Part shown: piece after piece, positions 54,611 to 64,000 of the stretch | Numbering within the stretch: position 1 is the stretch's first letter | Layout of the letters: every line of letters starts with the position of its first letter | Source of the DNA: an uncultured Gammaproteobacteria bacterium | GTDB taxonomy: Bacteria; Myxococcota_A; UBA796; JAJRTE01 | Reading direction: 5' to 3' | DNA: 64,000 bases | Assembly (NCBI GenBank): GCA_964418585.1 | Contig: CAYQMG010000137.1 | Span: 13,327 to 77,326, forward strand | Translations under genes and position numbers: made by a program | The notes under the pieces: generated by a model | The model's database searches: none | What the model saw: only the letters and a program-made list of their open reading frames with translations | Told to the model about the DNA's origin: nothing

Positions 54611-57282
54611 GACGCGGCGGGGACGACCACGGCCGTCCGCTCCCGGGCAGGGGCGCTCGCACCCCGGCCGCTCGACCGCTTCCCGCGGACTCGCTGAGGA
54701 GCGCCTTGCGACGCCTCTACACCGCGGTCCCGGCGGGTCCCGGCCACAACCCGTGTGACAACGACTCCGCCTGCTTCGAAGCAGACCTCCCCTCACCGGG
54801 ACCAACCGGCGAGTGGGTGGGGGACGCTCTGTTCCAACTGGCTTGCCTGCGCATGGCGCTCGAGCGGGGTTGGACAGCGCCGGGGGCCGTGTCGAACGGC
54901 GGGAGAGGGTTGCGCACCTGGCTGGAGAAGGCTCACGCCTGCCTCCCATGGGATACGCCCCTCGTGCCATGGCTTTGCACGATCGAACCTCCGGTGCTGC
55001 AGGAGGTCTGGGACCTGCTCGCGCCCCTGGAAACCTGTTCCCCGGACGCCCTCTTCCGGTGGATCCGACGAGAAAGGACCCGGCTGACTCGAGGCGGTCT
55101 CCAGGCTCAGGCCTCTGAGCGGCTCCAGGGACGCTACTACACCCCGGTCGCGCTGGCCCGCTTCATCGTGACCCAGGCCATTCCGATTACCCCTGGCGGC
55201 GACCCGGTCCGGGTCGACGAGTGGACCGTGCTCGACCTTTCGTGCGGGAGTGGGGTATTCCTCGCCGAGGCTGCGCGGCACCTGGCAGCCGGGCGAGGAA
55301 AAGGCGTTGAATCACCCGGGGAGGTGCTTCAACAGGTGGTGGAAAAGTGTCTGTTCGGCGTGGACCTGGATCGGGAGGCGGTCCGGGCCTGTCGATGGAA
55401 CTTGATGCTCCTGGGCCTTCACGACGGACGCCTTCCCCGGGTGGAGAACCGGATTCTGTTCGGCAACGCGCTGCTCGGCACCAGTCAGGAGACCCTGCCG
55501 TGGTCCGTGGACGCGAAGCATCCTCGTGCCCGGTTGCTCGCAGACGCCTGGACCTGTCGTTGCCTGGATCCGGATCGGAGCTGGCCGCCTGAGGATCACG
55601 GGTGTGATCGATTCCTCGAAGGCCTGGATACCGGGACCCTCGAGTGGGTCCGGGAAACCGCGCACCGGGAACGGTTCATCCATCCCTGGCTCGATTTCGA
55701 GCCTGTGGCCGATGGTGGGTTTGCCGCGGTGGTGGGCAATCCCCCGTACCTGAGCGAATTGCGGCGCGGAGCGACCCAGTCTGCGTTCATCCGTCGGTCG
55801 CCCAGAACCAGCCGGGATTACCAGGCCAAGGGGGACCTGTTTTACTACTTTCTGCTCGAGGGCATGCGTCTGGTGCGACCGGGGGGGCGCCTCGGGATGC
55901 TCATCCCTCCGTACTGGCGGACGCGGGCTTCCGGTCGCCGGGTGCGGGAGGCCCTGGAGGCCTGGGGAAGCGTGCGGTTGCGGCTCGATTTCGGAGATCG
56001 CCGCCTGTTCGAGGACGCGCCGGGACATCATTCGGAGGTCCTGGTGGTCGAGCGTGGTCCGGGAAGGCCGGGAGGCCGGGTTTGCCAGGTGCTGGATTCG
56101 ACTGTGGACCTCGAGACCGTGCTGGCGGCAGTGGAACACCCCGACGAATCGGCGGGGGTGGTGCGGTGCCTGGGGACGAGCGACCAGGCTGCCGGACGTG
56201 GCCTTGTGCCCGGCCCCGGGCCCCGACCGGGCCACGAAACGCGCCCTCACCCGGGTTGGTGGCGCATCCGCTCCTCGAGGGTGAGTCAGGGGCTCGTCAT
56301 GCCCCAGGCGACCCTGTCCCGACGCGGCCTCGCCCGTCTGTCCGATGGCACGGCCCGGGTCGGCGACGGCATCTTCTGGCTCCGGGACAACGAACTCGAG
56401 GCCCTCGAACTCAATCCCGCGGAGCAACGTCTGGTCAAGCCCTATCTCCCGGCGGGATGTATACAACCTTTTCGGGCCGGCGCGCCTCGAGGCTGGGTGC
56501 TCTACCTTGACCAGGCGGCACGCAAGGCGCTCGAGAAGACGCCCGAGCGGTACCCGGCTCTGGTGTCGCACCTGACGCGGTTTGCGCCGGCCATCACGTC
56601 GGAACGAGGGCCGTTTCAACTTCACCGGTCCCGGAGTTCCCATTGGTTCGAGGGGGAGGAGCGCGTCCTGGTGGTGCGCAAGTCGGCGGAAGTATGCGCC
56701 GCGCGGGTGCGTGGGCCTCGATACGTGGACCAGGGGGTGAACGTCATCCTGGTCCCGGACGCATCCCAGGCCCGGTACCTCGTGGGCCTCCTGTGCAGCC
56801 GTCCGGTACAGACGGTGCTCTACGAGACCAAGCGGCAGGGAAGAATGATCCAGGTGGACAAGGAAACCCTGGTCAACTTGCCCCTTCCCCCGGTTCCAAA
56901 ACCCGAACCCGACCACGTGGCCGAGGTGACACACGCTGCCCGCAGCGGAATCGGCCCGGTTGTGGCGCTTGCGCTCCAGCATGCCGAGGACCTATCCGGA
57001 ATCGCTCGAGCCGCACTCGAATGGCTCGTCGCCTCGATCGAGGAACGGCTGGAAATCCTGGCACATCCCGTGGGTCCCACTGTGGCGCGTATCACGCGAC
57101 CAGGACGTGGCGGGCGGTTCGAACCGGAAATTCCCCTGCATGACCCCGTGGTCCAGGTGCTTCGATCCGGGATCGACACGCTGGTAACGCACCTCATGGC
57201 GCGTGCCTCACGCCTCGCCCGTGCGCTCGCACCAGAACCGGATGGCGTTTTTTGTTGGCACGTTCCGGAGAATCGTCGATGA
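54607..57282 (+). CDS. N6-adenine DNA methyltransferase, Eco57I/TaqI-like (gamma class) with TRD
   Basis: GRYYTP, LDLSCGSGVFL, FGVDLD, GNAL, VVGNPPY, GDLFYYFL, LFEDA, TaqI-like C-terminal YLVGLLCSR. TTG start overlaps the Smr stop (TTGA) after GGGAGGG. Confidence 0.85.
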   Translation: MRRGGDDHGRPLPGRGARTPAARPLPADSLRSALRRLYTAVPAGPGHNPCDNDSACFEADLPSPGPTGEWVGDALFQLACLRMALERGWTAPGAVSNGGRGLRTWLEKAHACLPWDTPLVPWLCTIEPPVLQEVWDLLAPLETCSPDALFRWIRRERTRLTRGGLQAQASERLQGRYYTPVALARFIVTQAIPITPGGDPVRVDEWTVLDLSCGSGVFLAEAARHLAAGRGKGVESPGEVLQQVVEKCLFGVDLDREAVRACRWNLMLLGLHDGRLPRVENRILFGNALLGTSQETLPWSVDAKHPRARLLADAWTCRCLDPDRSWPPEDHGCDRFLEGLDTGTLEWVRETAHRERFIHPWLDFEPVADGGFAAVVGNPPYLSELRRGATQSAFIRRSPRTSRDYQAKGDLFYYFLLEGMRLVRPGGRLGMLIPPYWRTRASGRRVREALEAWGSVRLRLDFGDRRLFEDAPGHHSEVLVVERGPGRPGGRVCQVLDSTVDLETVLAAVEHPDESAGVVRCLGTSDQAAGRGLVPGPGPRPGHETRPHPGWWRIRSSRVSQGLVMPQATLSRRGLARLSDGTARVGDGIFWLRDNELEALELNPAEQRLVKPYLPAGCIQPFRAGAPRGWVLYLDQAARKALEKTPERYPALVSHLTRFAPAITSERGPFQLHRSRSSHWFEGEERVLVVRKSAEVCAARVRGPRYVDQGVNVILVPDASQARYLVGLLCSRPVQTVLYETKRQGRMIQVDKETLVNLPLPPVPKPEPDHVAEVTHAARSGIGPVVALALQHAEDLSGIARAALEWLVASIEERLEILAHPVGPTVARITRPGRGGRFEPEIPLHDPVVQVLRSGIDTLVTHLMARASRLARALAPEPDGVFCWHVPENRR

Positions 57283-57369
57283 TTCTCCCGGAAGGAAGTC
57301 GACCGCACCACCGGGCAGCCCCGGCGCAGTGAAGCGCGGGCAAGACCCCGGCAACCAGAGATCCGGGCA

Positions 57370-58134
57370 ATGAGCGACCATTCGGACGACCGCAAGACAC
57401 CGGCAAGGCCGGAACGGAAGCGCCCGTTCGAGGACTACGTCAAGGCCAAACGCGCCGGAGTGCCCGTGGACCTGTATCCGCTGCCACCAGGGGCTCGAGT
57501 GCCTCGAGCACGCCGTGTGTCGCCCATGCAGATCCGCTCCGTTCTGGTACTGTTGGCCGTGGTCGGAGGCGTGTTCGCCTATTTTCACCAGGCCGGCAAG
57601 AAGCCCGAAGCCCCGGCGGTCGGGCTCGAAGGCGCCCCAACCTCCACACCGGGACCCACCCCGGTCCCTCATCCGGAGATCCCCGGCGTCCGCGGTGTAC
57701 AGTACCTCGACCCGTCCAGGGAGGAACACCTCTCCGACTGGCGCAAGGGGATCCTCCGAAAGGGCGATTTCGTCACCGTCATGCCCAATGCCAGGGGCGT
57801 GGAATACCTCTACCTCATCTTGCTGGGCACTCGAGACACCTTCAAGCTCGCCCGGATCTATCCGCCCGAGCTGGTCAAGGGCGTCTCACCTCCTCGCAAG
57901 TTCGCAGTCAAGAGCGCCACCGCAGGACAGTTCCAGATCCTGCTGCTCGGGACCCAGGAGGACGTCACACGAAGGATTCAGGAACTGGCCCAGAAGGCGA
58001 ATGCCATGTTCGGCGTCACCGAAAAGGATGACCGGCAGGCCCGTATCAATCAGTTCATGGCAGACTTGAGCACCGAGTTGCCAAGCGGAACCTGGGCCTA
58101 CCACGCTCTGGACCCCATTCCATACAGGCCTTGA
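57370..58134 (+). CDS. Hypothetical bitopic membrane protein with extracytoplasmic beta-rich domain
   Basis: Single TM VLVLLAVVGGVFAYF, Pro/Thr linker, beta-rich domain; no family recognised with confidence. Confidence 0.65.
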   Translation: MSDHSDDRKTPARPERKRPFEDYVKAKRAGVPVDLYPLPPGARVPRARRVSPMQIRSVLVLLAVVGGVFAYFHQAGKKPEAPAVGLEGAPTSTPGPTPVPHPEIPGVRGVQYLDPSREEHLSDWRKGILRKGDFVTVMPNARGVEYLYLILLGTRDTFKLARIYPPELVKGVSPPRKFAVKSATAGQFQILLLGTQEDVTRRIQELAQKANAMFGVTEKDDRQARINQFMADLSTELPSGTWAYHALDPIPYRP

Positions 58135-58344
58135 CTACATGCCGCACACTCTGAATGATTTTTCCATGAAGACCCGCAATCCATCACCCCATGGAACCCG
58201 GAACCATCGACACCCGGACACAAACTTTTTTTCGTCAGCCGTTTTTTTCGCTTTTGCTCCTGGGCGGATCGCATTAACCTTGCAACGGTATCGCCAGTGT
58301 TCATGTCAACAAGAAGTTATTATGATGTCCTGGAGGCAGCACGA

Positions 58345-59256
58345 ATGACAGTCAGAGTTCTCGTAACCAGATCCCTGTTCTCGATGACCTGCGTGGCCCT
58401 GGCCGGGTTGGTCGCCTGTACACCGGTGGTGAAGGAAGAGGTGGACCAGGCCGAGGTGGTGACGTACAAGCTGGTGGAAAGCGGCACCCTCGAGGTCAAG
58501 TTGCGGGGCCAGGTCGTTGCGACGGAGACCTATTCCATCGAGGCGGGGAGCGACGGCAACTGGGTGGTCACGGCGACGCAGACGCCGAGCCAGGAAGGAC
58601 AGAACGTCCGCAACGTCCGGATGGAGCTTGACAGCACGTACAAGCCCATCCGGTACTCCGAGGATGCGGTGGGGCCGTCTCCGATGGGGATCTTCATCTC
58701 CTTCTTGCCCGACAAGACGGTGTTCAACATCAAGAAGGGGGATGAACCTCAGATATCGAAGACCGTGGAGGGGGAATACGACCTTTACGCCGATCCCAAG
58801 TTGTATCACCAGCAGGCCATTCTTGCCCGGGCCTATCTGTCCAGGAACACGACCGAGAAGGTGGAGTTTGCGTTGCTTGGTGGGGACAAGTTCATCGCCA
58901 AGCAGGAAGAGCCGATCATGGTCGAGACTGATCAGGGGCCGGTGGAGGTTCTTCATCTTCGGTTTGTGCTGAACCATGGGAAGCTGCGGGAGCACGTGTT
59001 CGTGAAGGCCGATGACCATCAACTTCTCAAGATTGAAGCGGGCCGCGGTGCTTTGCAGGTGTATCGTAGCGACATCCCGTACGCTTCCGAGTTGACCAGC
59101 CGGAAGGCGCGCAAGAAGAAGGCGGAAGAGGAGGCCAAGCCTCAGGCCGCGGGGGAGACCGCGGAGAGCGCCGGGGAGCCCGCGTCGAGCGGCGCGGAGA
59201 AGGCCTCGAGCGAGGCGCCTGCCGGGCAGCCTGCGGAGGAAGTTCAGGCCCAGTAG
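58345..59256 (+). CDS. Hypothetical lipoprotein (beta-rich, Ala/Glu-rich tail)
   Basis: GGAGG RBS; LVAC lipobox; low-complexity C-terminus. Confidence 0.7.
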   Translation: MTVRVLVTRSLFSMTCVALAGLVACTPVVKEEVDQAEVVTYKLVESGTLEVKLRGQVVATETYSIEAGSDGNWVVTATQTPSQEGQNVRNVRMELDSTYKPIRYSEDAVGPSPMGIFISFLPDKTVFNIKKGDEPQISKTVEGEYDLYADPKLYHQQAILARAYLSRNTTEKVEFALLGGDKFIAKQEEPIMVETDQGPVEVLHLRFVLNHGKLREHVFVKADDHQLLKIEAGRGALQVYRSDIPYASELTSRKARKKKAEEEAKPQAAGETAESAGEPASSGAEKASSEAPAGQPAEEVQAQ

Positions 59257-59485
59257 CGGCTCCTGCCCCGACGTTTTTTGTTTCCGCCGCCCCCAAATCT
59301 TCTTTCCGCCTCCCGGGGCAGCCTCGGCGCCTCGTGTGTTCGTGTTCGACGCGCGGTCGTGCAGCGTGTCATGCAAGACAATACCAGTGACGTGTGTCAG
59401 AAGGTGTGTGGTCCGTCGCAGGAGCTGAGGGTGATTTTTTGGCGGGAGTGTCGGGAGTGTGGAGCGGGTGAGTGGGCCGGGTGGG

Positions 59486-61330
59486 TCATAGTGTGTCCTG
59501 GAGGATCTCGAGGACCATCTTGACCCGGCCGAAGGGAACGGCGACCTGGGCGCCCTGGGTGTGAGGTCTGAGTTGTCGGAGCGTGTCCCTGGCCACCCGG
59601 GTACCGACTTCGAGGGCCTCCTCCTTGGTGCGCGCTTTTCTCATCTGGGCCATGATGTGGTCCGGCACCGCGGCTCCGGGGACCTCGTTGTTGAGGAATT
59701 CGGCATTTCGGAGCGACACGAGCGGCCAGATACCAGCGATGAGCGGGATGTGCCGGAGGTGTTCGATCCGGCGCAGGAACCGCTCGAAGATGTCCAGGTC
59801 GAACACCGGTTGGGTCACAATGAATTCGGCACCCGCCTCGATCTTGTAGTCCAGCCGTTTCAGTTCGTAGTCGAGGTTGATGGCGCCGGGATTCACGCCC
59901 ACGCCGACCAGGAACCCGGTGGGCGGGCCGATGGGGTTCTGGGCCAGGTCCAGCCCATGGTTCAAGTGGTTGAGCAGGTTGGTGAGACCGATGGAGTCCA
60001 CGTCGAACACGGCTGTGGCGTCGGGATAGTTCCCCAGCTTGGGGGGGTCTCCGGTCACCGCCAGGATGTTCCGCACGCCCAGCGCCCAGGCTCCCAGCAA
60101 GTCCGACTGCATCCCGATCACGTTCCGGTCCCGGCAGGTGTAGTGCAACAGCACCTCGATACCGACTCGTCGTTGAATGAGCAATGCCATCGCCAGCGCG
60201 GACATCCGAGAACTGGCTCGAGGCCCGTCCGGGATATTGATTGCATCCACGCCGTGGTGATAGAGGCGGCGGGCATAGCCCAGTTCCTTGTCCGCACTGA
60301 CGCCTCGAGGGGACACCAGCTCACACAGGGTGACGAAGCGTCCGTCCTCGAGCCGGCAGGCGAGGCGGGATTTTTGGGTCCGGTCGTAGGGCTTGACGTC
60401 TGGTGCCCGTTCCACCGAAGGCACGGTGATCTCGAATCGAGCGGTGGGCCGGGACGGCTCGATGGCCAGCACCGCGCGTCGAATCGCCCGGATGTGGTCG
60501 GGGGTGGTGCCGCAGCACCCGCCGACAATGGTGGCCCCGGTCTGGATGAGCCGTTTGGAGAACTCGGCCATGTACTCCGGAGATGACAGGTAGATGGTGC
60601 GACCCTCGATCACTCGAGGCGTCCCCGCGTTGGGCATGATGGAGATGGGCTTCTCGGTCCGGCCGACCACGTGCTCGAGGGCGTCGAGCATCTCCTTGGA
60701 GCCGAGAGCGCAGTTGAAGCCGACCACGTCTGCACCGAAGGCATCGAGTTTTTCGATGGCCTCAGTCACCGGCGTTCCAACCGCCAGGCTCGTGCCGCTG
60801 CTGAGCACCATCTGGGCGATGACCGGGAGGTCGCACTCGTCCCGGACCGCCTTGATGGCCTGCTCGATCTCCGACAGGTAGAGAAACGTCTCCAGAATGA
60901 TGAGATCCACGCCACCTTCGACCAGTGCGCGGACCCGTCGAGCAAAGTCTGCCCGGGCTTCGTCGAGGCCGACCCGACCCAGTGGTTCGATGGGCACGCC
61001 CAAGGGCCCGATGGATCCTGCCACGTAGCGGTCCTCTCCTGCCACCTCGCGGGCCAGTTCGGCGCCACGTCGGTTGATCTCGTCCACCTTGGCCGCAAGA
61101 CCATGAGGCTCCAATTTGTAGGTGCTCGCCCCAAACGTGTTGGTCTCGATCACGTCCGCACCGGCCTGCAGGTAGGCCTCGTGAATCTGCTTCACCAGGT
61201 GGGGAGCGCTCAGGTTCAGGGCGTCGTAGCATTGATTGACATAGACGCCTTTGGCGTAGAGCATCGTGCCCATGCCGCCATCGAATACGATGGTGCCGCG
61301 GCTCAGTCGCTCTCGGAATGGGATTCTCAT
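59486..61330 (-). CDS. yitJ: Bifunctional homocysteine S-methyltransferase / 5,10-methylenetetrahydrofolate reductase
   Basis: FDGGMGT, AGADVIETNTF, LETF, GFNCALG, PNAGTP, GGCCGTTPDHI; MTHFR half HYTCRDRN, VTGDPP, GAEFIVTQPVFD. Confidence 0.93.
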   Translation of the reverse strand: MRIPFRERLSRGTIVFDGGMGTMLYAKGVYVNQCYDALNLSAPHLVKQIHEAYLQAGADVIETNTFGASTYKLEPHGLAAKVDEINRRGAELAREVAGEDRYVAGSIGPLGVPIEPLGRVGLDEARADFARRVRALVEGGVDLIILETFLYLSEIEQAIKAVRDECDLPVIAQMVLSSGTSLAVGTPVTEAIEKLDAFGADVVGFNCALGSKEMLDALEHVVGRTEKPISIMPNAGTPRVIEGRTIYLSSPEYMAEFSKRLIQTGATIVGGCCGTTPDHIRAIRRAVLAIEPSRPTARFEITVPSVERAPDVKPYDRTQKSRLACRLEDGRFVTLCELVSPRGVSADKELGYARRLYHHGVDAINIPDGPRASSRMSALAMALLIQRRVGIEVLLHYTCRDRNVIGMQSDLLGAWALGVRNILAVTGDPPKLGNYPDATAVFDVDSIGLTNLLNHLNHGLDLAQNPIGPPTGFLVGVGVNPGAINLDYELKRLDYKIEAGAEFIVTQPVFDLDIFERFLRRIEHLRHIPLIAGIWPLVSLRNAEFLNNEVPGAAVPDHIMAQMRKARTKEEALEVGTRVARDTLRQLRPHTQGAQVAVPFGRVKMVLEILQDTL

Positions 61331-61761
61331 TGGCTTTCTCTCCAGGATGGTCTCCCCGCAGCAAGGGCGCACCGCACCCGCCAGGCTCCTCCAGGCCTCG
61401 AGTCCAGGGCCGCACCCCAGCCGTCGGGTGGAATGGATACCGTCCGATTGAACGGCGCAGCCTACTACTGTGCCACAGTGAAAGAAAAATGGCACGCCTT
61501 TCGTAGCGGCGGGCCAGGCGGTCACGTTCAATCCTGTGAGGGGGGGGCCCGGTGCGGTCCGGGCGGCGCGATACGTGCAGTTTGGGGGTCGCATCGGGCA
61601 TGGGGGTGTGTTACCATGCTAGAATGTTGGGGTAGGTGCCCGTAGGAGGCCTGCGGCGGAGACCGGGCGAGGGACGGGAACGCCTCGGCGACGCGGAAAT
61701 CGCAGAAAAGTGTCGAGACGAGTGGTTTGTTGTCGCTGCTCTGGAATTGAGAGGGAACTTC

Positions 61762-64000
61762 ATGCTGCGCGGCGCGGAATGCAACAGCGTCGGCTCGAGC
61801 AAGCCTCGGGCCCGGGCGAAACTGGTTTCGAAGCGAATGTGGATCGCAGGCGAGCTTGGTTTTGGAATCCACGTGGCCATTGCCATCTTGGGCATCCTGT
61901 TCGTTTCCGGGTGTCAGGACCCGGTGCTCGACCCCCCCAACGTCCAGGACTCCGATGGAGACGGATACACCGCCCTCGAGGGGGACTGCGACGACCGCGA
62001 TCCCATGATTGGACCCGATGTCGAGGAGGTGTGCAATCTCATCGACGACAACTGCAACGGTCAGATCGACGAAAACGTCCAGATCGAATACTACCTCGAC
62101 GCCGACCAGGACGGATTCGGCTCCTCATCCATGACCATGGGGGGCTGCACCGCACCGCCCCAGCACGTCGCCAACCGGGACGATTGTGACGACGAGAACG
62201 AGTTCGTCAACCCCAAGGCCGCCGAGATCTGTGACGGTATCGACAACAACTGTGACGGCGTGATCGACACCGACGCGGTGAACCGTATCGTCTACTACGC
62301 CGACTTCGACGGGGACGGATACGGGAATGCGCTTCAGCCCAAGAAGGGGTGTGAGGTGGAGCGCGGCTACGCCGACAACCCCGACGACTGCGACGACTAC
62401 TCGGCCGCCACGCATCCCGGGGCCTACGAGGCCTGCGACTACATCGACAACAACTGTGACGGCCAGATCGACGAGGGGCACGACAAGGACGGAGACGGCA
62501 CACCTGACTGCCAGGGCGTGGAGACCTGTGACGGCGTGGACAACAACGGCGTCGACGGCATCGACGAGGGGTACGACCAGGATGGGGACGGCTACACGCC
62601 TCTTTGGTGCGACTGCCGGGAAGATGCGGTGGAGACGTGCGGCAAGGACTGCGACGACCTGAATCCCAACATCAACCCGGATGCCATCGAGATCTGCGAT
62701 CCAGACAACGTGGACGAGGACTGCGATTTCGTGGCCGACAACGACGACGACAGCGCCGCGGTGAACGGCAAGACCCGTTTCTACGTGGACGCAGATGGAG
62801 ATGGGTTCGGGGACGAGAACGATCCCGGCCGGATGGAGTGCGACAATCCATCCGACGAAACCACCAAGTATGTGACCAACCCCGACGATTGCGACGATAC
62901 CGACCCGGAACGAAACCCGGCTGTCCCCGAGGACTGCGATTTCAAGGACAACGACTGTGACCACGTTGTCGACGAGGACTGGACCTACGTGCAGTTTTAC
63001 GAGGACAAGGACGGGGACGGGTACGGTAGCGACGCGTTCTACGAACTGCGTTGCAAGGCCCCGCCGGGGTACGTGGACAACCCTGATGACTGCAACGACG
63101 AAAACGAGTTCATCTACCCGGGAAGCTACGAGGTGTGCAGTGAGGATCTGGTCGACGAGGACTGCGACGGACTCGTGGACGACGAGGATCCCGACTCCAT
63201 GGTCGGTGTCCCCGAAGGGATCCCCGGTGAGGGGAAACTCCTCTACTATGAGGACGCGGACAACGACGGATTCGGAAACCGCGACGACATGGGAACCTAC
63301 AAGTGTCACGACCCGTCCTCCGACGAAATGCACTACGTCCTCAACAACCAGGACTGCGACGACTCGGACGCAACCATTTTCTACAACGCTCCAGAACTCT
63401 GTGACTACCTCGACAACGACTGCGACGGCCTCGTCGACAACAACGTGGACTACTACATGTTTTTCCCAGACCTGGACCACGACGGATACGGCAACTTCGA
63501 GGAACCAGGTTACCTGAGTTGCACCTACCCGGAGGACCAGTCCACCATACTCGTCGAAGTGGACACCGTGGACAACGACAACGACGGCAGGCCGGACGAG
63601 ATCCTGCACGTCTACAACGTGGAAGACCACGATTGCGACGACACCGCCACCGATGTGCCCCCCGAGGACATCGACTGCTCCATCCCCCCTGCCGACCGGC
63701 CTCCCGACTGGGGCGGCGCCTGCGTCAACCCCTCCGCTCCAGAATGGTGTGACCTCATCGACAACGACTGCGACGAACTCATCGACGAACCAGACGCCCA
63801 GGATGCCATCGTCTGGTACAGAGACCAGGACAATGACGGCTTTGGTGACCCCAATTCCACCACCACCGCATGCCCGGACGAGGCCCCCGACGGCTACGAC
63901 GAACTCCTCCCACCCACCGGATATACCGCCGTCGCAGGGGATTGCAACGACAACGACCCGGCCATCAGCCCCGCCGCCGTCGAACTCTGCAACGACTACA
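61762..64000 (+). CDS. MopE-related Cys/Asp-repeat lipoprotein, partial (runs off the right edge)
   Basis: Not in the ORF track. ATG 61762 after GAGGGA; ...AIAILGILFVSGCQDP lipobox; about 9-10 DxDGDG..DCDD..P..E.CD..DN.CDG units with no stop seen before 64000. Confidence 0.85.
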   Translation, partial: MLRGAECNSVGSSKPRARAKLVSKRMWIAGELGFGIHVAIAILGILFVSGCQDPVLDPPNVQDSDGDGYTALEGDCDDRDPMIGPDVEEVCNLIDDNCNGQIDENVQIEYYLDADQDGFGSSSMTMGGCTAPPQHVANRDDCDDENEFVNPKAAEICDGIDNNCDGVIDTDAVNRIVYYADFDGDGYGNALQPKKGCEVERGYADNPDDCDDYSAATHPGAYEACDYIDNNCDGQIDEGHDKDGDGTPDCQGVETCDGVDNNGVDGIDEGYDQDGDGYTPLWCDCREDAVETCGKDCDDLNPNINPDAIEICDPDNVDEDCDFVADNDDDSAAVNGKTRFYVDADGDGFGDENDPGRMECDNPSDETTKYVTNPDDCDDTDPERNPAVPEDCDFKDNDCDHVVDEDWTYVQFYEDKDGDGYGSDAFYELRCKAPPGYVDNPDDCNDENEFIYPGSYEVCSEDLVDEDCDGLVDDEDPDSMVGVPEGIPGEGKLLYYEDADNDGFGNRDDMGTYKCHDPSSDEMHYVLNNQDCDDSDATIFYNAPELCDYLDNDCDGLVDNNVDYYMFFPDLDHDGYGNFEEPGYLSCTYPEDQSTILVEVDTVDNDNDGRPDEILHVYNVEDHDCDDTATDVPPEDIDCSIPPADRPPDWGGACVNPSAPEWCDLIDNDCDELIDEPDAQDAIVWYRDQDNDGFGDPNSTTTACPDEAPDGYDELLPPTGYTAVAGDCNDNDPAISPAAVELCNDY

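Noticed and set aside
54607-57282. Complete restriction-modification system or defence island
   Set aside because: No restriction endonuclease, HsdR/HsdS, integrase or other defence genes are nearby, and composition matches the flanks.
61340-61460. SAH-riboswitch-like words (CCGCCAGGCTC, AACGGCGC) upstream of yitJ
   Set aside because: They are on the strand opposite to yitJ transcription and the 5' GAGGAGCG element is missing. No SAM-I pattern was seen either; an Infernal/Rfam scan would settle it.
1-64000. tRNA, rRNA, IS elements, prophage
   Set aside because: No cloverleaf-like sequences, transposase/integrase motifs or phage structural genes were recognised by eye.

Overview
64 kb of GC-rich bacterial chromosome with about 38 genes. 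I recognised no rRNA, tRNA, CRISPR array or transposase. The gene content (Cys/Asp-repeat lipoproteins, eukaryote-like kinases with PEGA or STAND-TPR domains, Geobacter-type multiheme cytochromes, a glycyl radical enzyme, a sigma54 activator) suggests a Myxococcota/Desulfobacterota-like organism capable of anaerobic growth; this taxonomy is inference. From left to right: partial carboxylesterase, a decayed beta-propeller lipoprotein gene, a heavy-metal RND efflux operon, a porin-multiheme cytochrome-ImcH-like operon, PI-PLC-like, M28 peptidase and pseudokinase genes, gloB, a 1988-aa modular surface lipoprotein, a glycyl radical enzyme (GRE) with activase and split-barrel protein, an OrpR-like sigma54 module with two stand-alone receivers, an FGGY kinase plus sphingosine-1-phosphate lyase-like gene, a kinase-ATPase-TPR protein, MepA-LysM, orphan pilC, metallopeptidases, an Smr gene coupled to an orphan N6-adenine methyltransferase, yitJ, and a partial Cys/Asp-repeat lipoprotein. 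The strongest leads are: (1) a GRE of unknown class near an FGGY kinase/S1P-lyase pair, possibly anaerobic sphingoid-base catabolism; (2) a single-operon, inner-membrane-to-surface electron conduit with 27 heme motifs; (3) a sawtooth G/C skew that resets at transcription-unit boundaries. All assignments come from reading motifs by eye; no searches were run.
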